A program made the position numbers and the translations under genes. The notes beneath the pieces were generated by a model. It was not told the origin of the DNA. It worked only from the letters and a program-made list of their open reading frames with translations, and did not search any database. From assembly GCA_964016885.1 (NCBI GenBank), contig OZ024740.1, forward strand, positions 297,166,001 through 297,230,000: DNA of 64,000 bases. Reading direction: 5' to 3'. Of this stretch, positions 1 to 12,581 are shown piece by piece; position 1 is the stretch's first letter; each line of letters starts with the position of its first letter. The DNA is from Eledone cirrhosa (lineage: Eukaryota).

Positions 1-259
1 TCATGATTTTACACCTACAAAGTTTTCCTCCTAGGCAAGAGCCTGGGCAAGTTTAGTTTGTGTAATACCAGCATTCGCATCAGCCGGTCCGCGATTCGAA
101 CTCAAAACCTCTCAGTTACGTGCCTACCACTCATATATATACCTATACTTATATATATATATATATATACATGTAAAGTTATATTTAAAATTGTTGGGTT
201 ACAACTAGTAAATATTTATAACTGATATAAAAGCACTCGACAAATACTTGGAGTATATT

Positions 260-637
260 TACAATATTAAATAAATGGAAAACTATATTTATAAAACCAT
301 ATCTATTTCATTATATATATTTCGGGGATATCATATTAACAATATGCTATGCCTTCATCAGACAAAATACAATATAAACAGTTTTATAGATAAATATATT
401 CGACATACCGTAATAAACATCAACTTCATTTGAAGAGGTTTACTCTAGCAGGAGTAAACCTCTTCAAATGAAGTTGATGTTTATTACGGTATGTCGAATA
501 TATTTATCTATAAAACTGTTTATATTGTATTTTGTCTGATGAAGGCATAGCATATTGTTAATATGATATCCCCGAAATATATATAATGAAATAGATATGG
601 TTTTATAAATATAGTTTTCCATTTATTTAATATTGTA
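260..637. repeat. Fold-back palindrome, 186-bp arms with 6-nt loop (PLE pseudo-LTR derived)
   Basis: 260-445 is the reverse complement of 452-637, loop TAGCAG. Each arm carries a hammerhead. The element is flanked by (TA)n. Confidence 0.92.
528..593 (+). ncRNA. Type I hammerhead ribozyme motif (mirror copy at 304-369 on minus)
   Basis: TATTTTGT-CTGATGA-[stem II]-GAA-ATATATAT-A^ATGAAATA. Stem I is 8 bp with G-U pairs, stem III is palindromic, cleavage triplet AUA. Confidence 0.8.
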
Positions 638-750
638 TATATATATATATATTTTTATTTTTTTATTTTTTTATTTTTTTATTTTTTTTATTTTAAAGAA
701 GGAGCTTCTACAGGACTAGTACTGTTTCATTCAGATGAAATCTTCAGGCA

Positions 751-791
751 CTTCCTGAAGATTTCATCTGAATGAAACAGTACTGTAGAAG
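751..791 (+). ncRNA. Minimal type I hammerhead ribozyme motif within palindrome 697-800
   Basis: CTTC-CTGAAGA-tTTCatctGAAt-GAAAC-AGTACT-GTA^GAAG. The opposite arm carries a second core with a longer stem III (ACAG/CTGT). Confidence 0.75.
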
Positions 792-1163
792 CTCCTTCTA
801 TAAAAAAAAAAAAAAATTTTACTCTGCCATGTATTGAGTACCTTACTTACTGTGGTTATCCCCGACTCAACCCGAGACCTACGTATTTATATATATATAT
901 ATATATATATATACATTACATTATATATATATATATATATATATAATGTATGTATGTGTGGGTGTGTAACAGTATTATAGAGATTATTCCGATTTAAACA
1001 TTTATCGTCTTTCTACGTCTTCTGAATATGAAGACGATAGACATCTACACGGTATTCTCGCTTCCATACATGGTAAGGATTTGTCTGTTTTCTGCGTCAC
1101 GACTACTACAATGAATTTCTCCCCCTCTCTCTCTTTCTTTCTGTATCCCCCCTCTCTCTCTTA

Positions 1164-1245
<82 letters not shown>

Positions 1246-1406
1246 ATATATATATATAAAGAGAAATGTATATCTATGTAAACAGACACATATATGCACA
1301 CACAATTCTTTGTACATTTCTATTTTAACCCCATATAAAGTATTATACATGGGTGCATGTGTTTGAACATTTGTCTATGCTTACACACGCACACACACGT
1401 GTACGT

Positions 1407-1465
<59 letters not shown>

Positions 1466-2714
1466 GGCGCATGGCTTACTGGTTAGAGAGGTTGGCTTAT
1501 GATCAAAAGCTCGTGCGTTTGAATCCTGGCAGTGCGTTGAGTCCTTGAGAAAGACACATTATTTCACGTTGGCAAAATGAGTTCTACCTGTCATTCAAAG
1601 AAACAGCTTTGTTACCTATTATCTCATGCTGAATCTTCCTGAGAACTAAATTAAGGATAAATGTGTCTGTAGAAGCCAGAGCCATTTGTATGTTCATTTT
1701 ACGAGCAGACTATTCCGTTGATAATACCAACTACCAACTAGAACACTCGTCTTCGGAAACGACGGAGGGCCAACACGTGTATATGTGTGTGTGTGTCTGT
1801 GTTGTGTTTCTGCGCACGTGTAGTGTATGTGTGTGTGTATGAGTGTATGTTTGTGTGTTTCCGATTGAAAACACAAATAACAAATATCTTCATTTTTCTT
1901 TTCAGAAAAATAATGTAAAGAACAAAGCTCTGTAGAAATAAGTTAACTACTATGATCACGTGATACTAATTTACTTTGAAATTTGTCAATGTGTTTTGTT
2001 CTTATATATTTTTCTTTCTTCCACTCAATTTATAGTTTACATTCTCATTTTGTCTTAAAATGTCTGTGTATATTTATTTCTCATTAAACTTTATTGTTAC
2101 CTTTTGTTTTTAATGTAAATCAATAGAACAACGTCTTGGTTTATTTTCTGCATGATGTCTCCAAATAATTATTTCTAATATTTGCACAAGGTCAGTAATT
2201 GGTGGGAACGAGAAAATCGATTATATCGACCTCTTATACTTAAAGAATAGAGGCCTAACGGTAAGAGTGTTGGACTTACGATCAATATATCGTGGGTTCG
2301 ATTCCTGTTTATTGTGCAAAACACTTCATTTTACGTTTCTCCAGTATACTCACCTTGCGATGGACTGGCGTCTTTTCCAGGGAGGAGTCTTCATGCCACG
2401 AAACTGGCATAAGTTCCGGCCTAACTAGCCTTGTCGCTCGAGACAGACTTTATACAATATTTAACTTCTACTTTATTTCATAATACCTGACCAGTACTAT
2501 TTATTATTGAATTCGGAAGGAAGAAAGGCGGGATTTGAACTCAGAAGATAACGGAGCGTAACTAAAAGTAGGTTTTTCGACATCATAACAACACTGCAAA
2601 TCCACCGACCTGTGTATGCGTATGTATATGTTTATGAGTATATATATATATATACATATATATATTATTCAAAATATTAACAAATGAAAGATATTCACAT
2701 AATCAAAATATATG

Positions 2715-2780
2715 CTTTATTATATATATTTCAAAGGTACTGTGTTTTTTTTTTTTCAGTACGTCTTCATCAGATAAAAT
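2715..2780 (-). ncRNA. Hammerhead motif in PLE pseudo-LTR fragment
   Basis: Minus strand TATTTTAT-CTGATGA-AGACGTACTG(A)nCACAGTACCTTT-GAA-ATATATAT-A^ATAAAG. Same family as the motifs at 528, 46700, 50226 and 58125. Confidence 0.72.
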
Positions 2781-3058
2781 ATGATTTGATATATGACATA
2801 CCGCTAAGGTCTTGATTATACAATATATATATATATATATATATATCGATCGACTTTCGTCAAATCGAACCGAGGAAACAATGTTTCCATTGGTCTTTCC
2901 AATTGCTAATAGTATCTATCGGAGCAACATGAAATAAAGTGTGTTGATCAAGGACATAACGCATCGCCCGGTCCGGGAATCAAACTCACAACCTCACGAT
3001 TGTGAATCCAAATCTCTAACCACTCAGCCACGTGCCTTCACATACACACACACATATA

Positions 3059-3094
<36 letters not shown>

Positions 3095-3199
3095 TGTATG
3101 TGTATGTATGTATGTATGTATGTTCTGGTTTTATAATTTCACAAATGTTTGCCAATAGAGAGATTCGGTTTCTAACATAGACACAAGACTCTCTCATTG

Positions 3200-3640
3200 G
3201 AATTTACACAACATCAACTAGGTAGATATGTATGCATGTCTGCATGCATGCATGTGTAGATATGAATGTTATTGTATGTGTGGATGTGTATGTTTTGAGT
3301 TGTATGTGTGCATAGTATCTGTACATATGTATATACAGTTATTAGATACAAAATCTTTGGAATGTTTTACATATTTTTTTACTGTTCCATTAATGGATTG
3401 TACTTGTAATTTCCTAACTAGTTGTGTTCTTTCTGTTCCTGTGAAGCCTAGCTTCTCAAGATTTGTATTGTGGCAGTTACTAACATATCCCAATGCCCTA
3501 ATAATCACAGGCATAAATCTGAAGGTATAATCAGGGTGGAGTATCTGCAGATGTCTCATCAGTTCTGCATAAATATTCTTCTTTTCGTTAATCTTTGATA
3601 TTATATTGGCATTTGCTGGACAGCTAACTTCCACTACTAT
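3200..3640 (-). mobile_element. 3' fragment of RLE-type non-LTR retrotransposon
   Basis: ORF 3269-3634 EVSCP...EKKNIYAEL...FMPVIIRALGYV resembles the restriction-like endonuclease C-terminus (compare 57105-57788). Confidence 0.7.
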
Positions 3641-4739
3641 GCATGCCTTCTTTTATATCGACGAACTAGAAAATATATCGTCGATAACGATGCAGGTCCT
3701 TCGATCGATTGAAATTCGTGTTTGATCCTTGTTTGTTTCCTTTTGGTTATGGTGATGAAAATTATACGAAACACCTTGTGTATTTTCTCCCCATAACACC
3801 TTGTAGTAGGCAGAATATATGTGAATGCAATCTCACCCTGTGACATTTAACGGTATGAAATTGAATAAAGATATACTTTCAGCTCTCGAATAATATTTCC
3901 CCGCCCGCCGCCGCTTATTAATTTTTCTGATTTTTTCCAGCCCCCACTCCTATTCCCGCCCCTACTTATTCAATTGTTGCTAATCTATCTTAGACGAAAT
4001 TTTATTTTAAGTGGTAGAATTCCTGCGACAATTAATTTTCTTTAGACACTAAAAAACCATTATACATGACAAATAAAGTACATTACTAGAAATCTTATAT
4101 ATTATAGAATAAACAACTAATTCTGGTATTTAAAAAAAATCAACGGAGATAACTTACAAAATTTACCGATTTTCTAACCCCACTGTTATTCCAATCACCC
4201 AACCCGCATATTCCAACTCCCCACTATTTCACCCCGCTATTGTTTGAGACCCGACAATACAATAGCAACGACGACAAAATTAATGATTGAATGGATACCA
4301 TTCAAATTTATGTACATGTATTACTTTGTTATACACATTGCTTATCTCATCTGTAAGACGTTATTGAGACTTTTCTTGACGGATCTATTCCATTAATCCG
4401 CTGTTAATCGATGGTTGCTTAAATACGGGAACCGAAACGGTAATGTGCCGGAATCAGATGATCATTACTTATTTTAGACATTCCGCTATTTATGGTGGAC
4501 TTCAGATATTTTATAGTGTTATAGGGGCGTTGATTGTCTTCCCTCTTGGCTACGCCCAATACGTAGTAGTCCAACTGATTGGACAGTTAAGATGCCATAT
4601 ATTTAGGGTGATATGATCGTGGGTCATCTTTGTCTTATGAGACGGCGCAGAATCTTGTTGGCAGGTGTACGGCATTCCTTTGCTCACTTTATCCAAGTCC
4701 TCACAAGCCTCTCCAACACCTACTTACAGTCAACAGCCT

Positions 4740-5410
4740 TGACCATTAAGCTCTGAGGAAAGAAGAAAAAGCCATGGCATCTTTCACGTTACTCAAGTCC
4801 CTCAGAACCATCACAGTTGCTGGAAACGTTCGTATGACCGTCAGTGATTCTTTCGGTTGACCCTTTGGTCTTGATCAAAGTTTTTCTCATTACAGAAAAT
4901 CCAAAACATTCCAGTCTCTTGATGATTCAACTTGCTCAAAAAGCACTTTGTGCTGATCAGACGGTCATATTTTGTCTCTGCTGAAATAAATTGTCCTCTC
5001 TGCATCACGTATGACTTGTATTGAAGGTCCACGAGCACAATTATTCTGATAGTCTGTCTTGAAACCGTGAATCCCTCATCAGTGGCGCTAATTGACTTTC
5101 TGGTGGTGTTACCGATAATTGTCTGTGCATTTCGTATAAATTCGGGTGTTTTGATGACATTAAGACCCTTAGTAGGCGTTTTATGTTTGGCTGCTGCTGT
5201 AGAATCCCCGTCAGCTATTTCCAGTTCTCTGTGTAGTTTGACAAAAAACGACCGCGCGACTTTAAGGAAGCGAGCAATCTCTAAACCACCATGATTTGCT
5301 TTTAAGGCAACTATTACAGTGTGCCTTTTCATTTGCCGAGTTAGCTTGTCTTTTATCAGAAAAGATAATCAGAGCAAGTTAGAGAAAGGTTAGAACTAGG
5401 CGTGCCCTAA
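4740..5410 (-). mobile_element. Degenerate Tc1/mariner-superfamily transposase fragment
   Basis: ORF 4841-5332: HTH-like N-terminus (EIARFLKVARSF), VSRQTIR, and a WIF(S)DEKNF-like first catalytic motif. Confidence 0.75.
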
Positions 5411-5428
5411 AAGAACTGAGCAACCATG

Positions 5429-5500
<72 letters not shown>

Positions 5501-5504
<4 letters not shown>

Positions 5505-6105
5505 CAAGGTTTAGCAAATAAGAAAAAGTTTCAAAATAAATTTAAAAAAATTAACTTTACTCACTATGGTTACCTTTACCGAATCAGTTTCGAGTTTCAA
5601 AAATAAATGGACAGTCCTTACGGCATCCATTGCAAAGAAAAACTCTCGTCAGAAGGATCTTTTCACTCGGAGAATATAAAATTCCCGAGTTCAAATTACG
5701 AACTGGCGCTATTCAAAATTGTTCCCGAGATGAGAGTAAATGATGTGGGAGCAATTCTTTCAAGTGCCGTGTGTAAAGATAGAAGCAAAGGCAGGGAGGT
5801 CAGTTTACTACCACTATAACTAGCAGCAGTCAGAACGACCAAATTTTTTTCTCGACCAAGAGGAGAATAATAATAAAGTATATATCCCTACACGCACAAA
5901 GCGCATAGGGACACATGTATTGTCCAACCATATGCCAATATGGTTCAATGGCAGGTTAATAATTTAACGAGCCAGAACATATATAATCAAGGTTTAGCAA
6001 ATAAGAAAAAGTTTCAAAATAAATTTTAAAAAATTAACTTTACTCACTATGGTTACGTTTACCGAATCGGTTTCGAGTTTCAAAAATAAATGGACAGTCC
6101 TTACG
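5501..6105 (-). mobile_element. Non-coding 483-nt monomer plus 122-nt terminal direct repeat with hammerhead (retrozyme/PLE-like)
   Basis: 5501-5622 is repeated at 5984-6105, (TA)n lies on both sides, and there is no credible ORF. Confidence 0.75.
5573..5656 (-). ncRNA. Type I hammerhead ribozyme motif with long stem II
   Basis: Minus strand CCTT-CTGACGA-GAGTTT...AATGGA...TCCATT...AAACTC-GAA-ACTG-ATT-CGGT-A^AAGG. Cleavage triplet GUA. Confidence 0.8.
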
Positions 6106-6208
<103 letters not shown>

Positions 6209-6466
6209 GTGTGTGTGTGTTCTTGAATTTGTCCATGTCTACATATATTAATAGTTGCAGTTACATGTGAGTAATTTCGTACTACAAGTGAATGAACCCT
6301 TGATATATAGCCATGCGTGTAATTTTAAGATATACTATTAGTTTGACATTCAAGAATCTATGTGTCTCATAGATTTTGTTGATAACGGCTCCCATTCAGA
6401 AATCGTAACTACTCTTTTTGATGCCTAATTAAATATTAATGCATACATACATAGGCACAAAAATGA

Positions 6467-6507
<41 letters not shown>

Positions 6508-6514
6508 TATGTAT

Positions 6515-9500
6515 TTAGGTATCTGTCCTGGGTACGACATTAAACTGCATCCAGTGGCAAGGCTCCAGTTCGGGAGTTCAGGAGCTGTGGGGAATGTGGA
6601 GTTACGCCTTAGTTGTTATCACTCCCAGGTCTGCTCTGGCCCGAAGTAGTGGTACCTGTTAGGGTCCCATTTATGGGTTAAATAATTACCTTACTCGAGT
6701 GGCGCCGGTAAGCTATTATCAGCCATTGAAAAGAAATATGGAGAGTGTATTTAACAGCACTAGGGTTAGAGCCCCTAACTACACTGTCAATGAACAGTCT
6801 GGTCGTTGTGACCCTGCTGGTTTAGAGCCACAGGAAGTGCCTGTGGATGATGGATAGGCTGTCTCTGTGGCACAACATAAAAATATAACGAATGCAGTTT
6901 TGTCCTGTAGAAGAGTCATTAAAATCGGCTATCTAAATGTGAGGACATCTAATGTTGCAGTAGGAGGAGCGCGTTCTGTGTTAAGTACAAGAGCCAATAT
7001 GTTAGTGAGGGAGATCATACCTGCCTCCCCGGTGAGTGTTGAGGGTGACCTTCAGTGGAAACCCAAGTCTGACAGTCATCTCAGCCTATAGTCCAACCGG
7101 GGGCGAGAGTGATGTGAGTGGAGAGGAGTTCCATGAGGAAGTGTGTAGAGTGGTCAACACTACACGAGCTCATAACATCCTGCTTGTTCTGGGTGACTTC
7201 AATGAACATCTGAGTCAGGAGAGCAGTGAAGATCCTTGCTGGTACTTTCATAACAACACCAACCGAAACGGGAGACTACTGAGGGACACCCTGCTGGAGG
7301 TGAACTTGATGGCAACCAGCCTAAGGTTTAGGAAGTATCCGGGGAAGATGTGGACCTACATCTCTGATATGCACTTGTCCAAGTCCCATTTTGATTTCAT
7401 TATGGTGGGGAGGAAATGGCGGAATAGTGTTCTGAACACAGAACCATACAATTATTTCAGTAAACTGGGCAGTGACCACCGGCTTGTTATGAGTGAGGCC
7501 TGGGTGAGTTTAAGAAAGAGTAAGGCTCAGCTCTGAAAGCAATCTATGACTGGGGAGCTTTCAGGGATAATGATAAGCTACAGGAGAGGTACACAGTAGA
7601 AGTGAGGAGCAGGTTCAGTGTTCTATGTGGAGAGGCAGAGAAGAGAGAGATTGGAGGGACTGAGGAGAGTGTGTCGAGGAGGTACGGGTACTTCACCACT
7701 GCAGTGGCAGAAGCAAAAGAGACCTTGGTACCGAGGAGAGAGAGGAAGAAGAACGTCAGCTCTGCAAACCCAAAATTGTGTGTAGCCAGAGAACACCTGA
7801 AAGCTGCCAAGGACTAATCCTACAGAGGAGAGGAAGGAGAATGTGGTTGTGATGAAGGAAGAACTCTGTACCGCTTACACTGAGGCTAGAGAAGAGGCAT
7901 TGATAGAGAATATCAGAAGTGTGGCGAGGTCAGACAGCTGTTTGAGAAACTCGATATTGAGACACACCCTTCGACATAGAGGAACTTCAGAGAGCCAAGA
8001 AGAAGATCAAGGAGGGCAAGGCCCATGAAGAAGATGGAGTGGCATCAGAGGTGATGAAGAGGCGTGATCTTGATGATATCGTCCTGGAGTTCTGTAACCA
8101 GGCATTTGAGAAAGGAGTTTCCCGGATCAGTGAAGGATCAGTAACATCGTTGCAGTGCCAAAGAAGGGAGATCTCTCTAACACCAACAACTTCAGGGGGA
8201 TCTCACTGACGTGACTTATGGCAAAGACCCTAAACAGGATGATTCTTACAGGATCCAGCCCGAGACGGAGAAGAAGCTCGGGAACAACCAGAATGATTAA
8301 GAGAGGGAAGATCAACCACCAGTCACATCCTGGTGCTGAGGAGAATTTTAGAAGAAGCTAGAACAAAGAGCCTTCCTGCTCTCGTAGTTTTCATTGACTT
8401 CAGGAAGGCCTTTGATTCTGTGGACCACGACTGCCTGATGAATATCTTACAGGCTTATGGAATTCCCAAGAAGATAGTGGATCTGATATCAATGCTCTAC
8501 ACCAACACCAGAGCCAAAGTCGTTAGACCTGACGGGACGACAGACTTCCTTAAGATACTGGCTGGAGTGCTCCAGGGAGATTCATTGTCTCCCTACCTTT
8601 TTATCATTGCAGTGGACTATTGTATGCGCCTTGCATGGAGAAACACCAGAACTCGGGCTTTACTGTAGCACTGGCTCAGAGCAAGAGAGTTAAGGCGAAA
8701 AAAGATATCAGATGTTGAATATGCTGATGACATAGTTCTGGTGACAAACATAATTGTTTCTACTTTAGGCACAAGGCCAGCAATTACCCAGTGCATTACT
8801 GGTACTTTATTTTATCGACCCCGTAAGGATGAAAGGCAAAGTCAACCTCGGCGGGATTTGAACTCAGATGGTAAAGGGACGTAACTATGCTGGAAAGCAT
8901 GGCGTCCGACCCTCTACTGATACTGCCACAAACATAATGAAGGAGGAAGAGGAGTTGATGCAGGAGGTGGAGACTGTGTCGATGGGTTGTAGCTGAAAAT
9001 AAATGAGAGGAAGACGAGGTATCTGGTAGAAGCCAGAGAAGATTATGAATGTAGGAGGGAAACCGCTAGAGTTGGTTGAGGACTTCCTGTGTCTGGGAAA
9101 AAAGATTGGGAACACAGAGAATGATGTGGTGGAGAGGATGAGTAAAACCTGGATGGCGTGTCACAGTTTGAGGTTGGTGTGGAAGTCGGACCTTCGTAAA
9201 AACCTGAAGATCCGTCTCTTCATTGCTACGGTGGAGTCTGTGATGCAGTACGAGTCTGAGACTTGGACACTGACCAAGAGACTTACTCAGATGGTAGATA
9301 TGTGCTACACGAGAATGCTGAGGATGGCTTTGAACATTAATCTGTATACTCACAGCTGTACGGGAGCCTCCCAAAAGTCACCTCGAAAGTAACATCGAGG
9401 AGAATGAGTTTAGCTGGACATGCTCACCGACATTCAGAGTTGACACTGCACTCAGTGGTCCTGTGTGAGCCTCTACACGAACACACAGTAGAGGGAGACC

Positions 9501-9615
9501 GAGGTTGACATATATTGATGCCCTAAGGACAGACACTGGTGTCTGGGAGTCGCAGGACATGGCAGCGATGATGAAGGACCGAGACCGCTGGAGAGAACTC
9601 GTCTATGGATCTTGA
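6515..9615 (+). mobile_element. Near full-length degenerate RTE-clade LINE (APE endonuclease + RT)
   Basis: Fragments IGYLNVRT, ISAYSPT, LGDFN, SDHRLV, FIDFRKAFDSV, GVLQGDSLSP, YADDI and ESETWTLT. Multiple stops and frameshifts. SINE inserted at 8752-8928. Confidence 0.92.
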
Positions 9616-10308
9616 TATATATATATATATATATATATATATCTTTCTAATCCATCCGAATATTGATTTATAAATGAACAATATATGCCAGTTGTTTTTT
9701 TTTTTTATGAAACTTAAATTAATATATTTTATCGATAAATGCAGTATAAGCTTCTGAAATATTTGGCCCAGTTTCCTTATATAATGAGCACATGCGCAGT
9801 AATAAATATTTTCATATTTTCGTTTCAAAATACTTTTGTCAAATATAGGTTATTTTATGAAAGCATGCATTAAAAACAAAACGAAACAAATTGTAATCGG
9901 AATAGGTTTTTATTATCATCACTATTATTATTATAATCATTATTACTATAATTATTTTTTACTAATACCTATATTTACTTATCTATTTCTATATTTATCT
10001 ATATTTATTTTTTATTCTTAATAGTAGTATCATTAACTTGCACCATTTAAACATTGACAGAGAAAGCACCATGCATATATATTGTACATAGATGGACCTA
10101 TGTAAGTATGTGCAGCATCCTATGCGAGAAATTCTTCGGTTGCAAATTGACTAAGAAAACATAGTTATTACGTCTTCATGCCATAGCTTATTATTTTAAT
10201 TTTTCCGACAATTGTCCCATAATTCACTTGACACATCACTTTCATGGCTTTCAATGTCAACCCTCCCATTAATGCATTCCATAGTTATTTTAATAGTAAT
10301 GTACTTCG

Positions 10309-10314
10309 TTTATT
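10309..10314 (-). terminator. Candidate polyadenylation signal AATAAA of S-crystallin
   Basis: First AATAAA on the minus strand, about 55 nt after the stop codon. Downstream alternatives exist. Confidence 0.5.
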
Positions 10315-10367
10315 GACTTATTTCAAAGGGAGTGTATAGGTAAAACGATATATCTGTGGGGTAAAGT

Positions 10368-10532
10368 TTAGAAAGAGGAGTGGACGCGTCTCTTAATGTA
10401 AGAGCTGATCTTGGAGTGAGCACATACTCTTTCTCTCAAAGCCCTCAATTTAGGGTAGCTGTTCAAAAATGATGGGTTTTCTTGAAGAGGATTCTCCATA
10501 GCAGCGTAGCACATCAAATCACACATGCTCAT
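10368..10532 (-). CDS. S-crystallin last coding exon
   Basis: Acceptor tattgcag, [54 protein letters not shown] then TAA. Typical GST-sigma C-terminus (YPKL...KI..Y..RR...F). Confidence 0.95.
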   Translation of the reverse strand: MSMCDLMCYAAMENPLQENPSFLNSYPKLRALRERVCAHSKISSYIKRRVHSSF

Positions 10533-10604
10533 CTGCAATAATATGAATGGAATAGGTTAAATAATACATATATATAACGCATATTGAAGATATATTGTCG
10601 ATAG

Positions 10605-10695
<91 letters not shown>

Positions 10696-10816
10696 TAATT
10701 TAATATATCTACTAACATAAGCGCACAGATGTACGCCAATGCCAGCAAATACACAGGTTATTTAAGTAAGTAAGTTAATTCTTTAAAATTTTTAAAAAAA
10801 ATTTTCTTATCTTACG

Positions 10817-10923
<107 letters not shown>

Positions 10924-11309
10924 TGATTGTTTGCATGTGTGCATGTATATATTCACTGATATTTGTATTTAATCTTTAAAATAGATGTGGGTATTCTTTA
11001 AACATTCCTACAGATATTTGTCGCTATTAAATTTAAAACTGCTCAAAGCTTGGTTAATATTTTCTTTCAAATGTTTTTTTAATTTTAAAATTGTATTTAA
11101 ATAAACGAACATACCGTATATATGAGATATACGAAATTAACATACTTATATTGACATACAAATATGTCAGAGCAGAAACTTTAATTCTACTTTCAGGCTA
11201 AGCCGGCTTGACAGCTTCACATGCAAAAGAGGCTACTCAGCCCATTTACATAGGCAAAGCATCGATATATTTTCACCCATTTCAAATTCTAGCAGAGAGC
11301 CGGGGAAAC

Positions 11310-11350
11310 ACTGTTCTGATGACGACCAGAGCCAGAAACGCGTTGGCAGT
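11310..11350 (+). ncRNA. Degenerate minimal hammerhead motif (PLE-type) in last S-crystallin intron
   Basis: ACTGTT-CTGATGA-cgaccagagcca-GAAAC-GC-GTT^GGCAGT. Stems I and III pair; stem II is poor. Confidence 0.55.
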
Positions 11351-12098
11351 TATTCCCGGCTATTTCTGATGGAATCCGCTAGACGGCGCTTGGTGTCAGC
11401 TTTTCAATATTAATAACTAGACGACTGTCCAAATGTTTATTCGTAAACACACCATATATCATTAGATATACGAAATTTCTACATGCTTAGTAATATGGAG
11501 AATGGTTTTGAAGCATTACTTGAGTTATTTCTTTATATATGCAACGTTGAAACACTGTTTGCTTATATATATTTATGTTATCATATATGTAAGGTTTAAA
11601 CACTTATGTAGAAATTTTACCGCAGTCTGTAGCTCAGCGTTTCCATATGTTATGTTGCCTTTATACAATCAGTAATTATATACATCGTACATCCAATTAT
11701 TGGATTGACCACAACGGTCACCATTATTATATTAATATGTACATAACTATTATAACCACATACATAGGTAACAGCAGGTGTCTCTCTAAGAGTTTGATAT
11801 ATATAATTGCTCTCTTTGGTAATATATTAACCATTTATTCATTAAATACCTGTTTAACATTAGCTCTTTGTCTTAAATTAGACATTAATTACATTCAATA
11901 TGTACATTGCTCGTTACTCTAAGAAGCCACACAAATAAATTTACCTTTCAGAAGGCAATGTCGGACTGATTACCTATGATACGAGCCTGTGTATATGACC
12001 AGGTTGACATGCTATTTCTCCACGCGCACACACAAACGCGCGCGCAAACACACACACATACACACTCATATACATGCACACACACACTCATATACATG

Positions 12099-12222
<124 letters not shown>

Positions 12223-12308
12223 TACATACACACACACATATTTATTTATAGACACAAAACGTTATATCCTATTATATCCGTAAAACTCAACCAAATTGTT
12301 GCACCTAC

Positions 12309-12416
12309 CTGATCGCCCAGGAAGAATTGGTTTCCGCTATGATGCATTTCCAAAGTTCTCTCCAAGAATGGAAGTACTCTGCGGCAGGTCTCTTGGAACC
12401 TCATGCGCATTTCCAT
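12309..12416 (-). CDS. S-crystallin penultimate coding exon
   Basis: Acceptor ctttacag, [36 protein letters not shown], donor GTAGGT. 108 nt, phase 0-0. GST helix 5 and F(L/V)GD motif. Confidence 0.95.
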
Positions 12417-12458
12417 CTGTAAAGATCAATAATATTTAGACAAAGATACCGATAGAGT

Positions 12459-12514
<56 letters not shown>

Positions 12515-12521
12515 TAGATAG

Positions 12522-12580
<59 letters not shown>

Positions 12581-12581
12581 T

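Noticed and set aside
4400-4450. GGTT...AACC-GAAAC-G-GTA hammerhead-like half
   Set aside because: No CTGANGA core or stem I could be identified.
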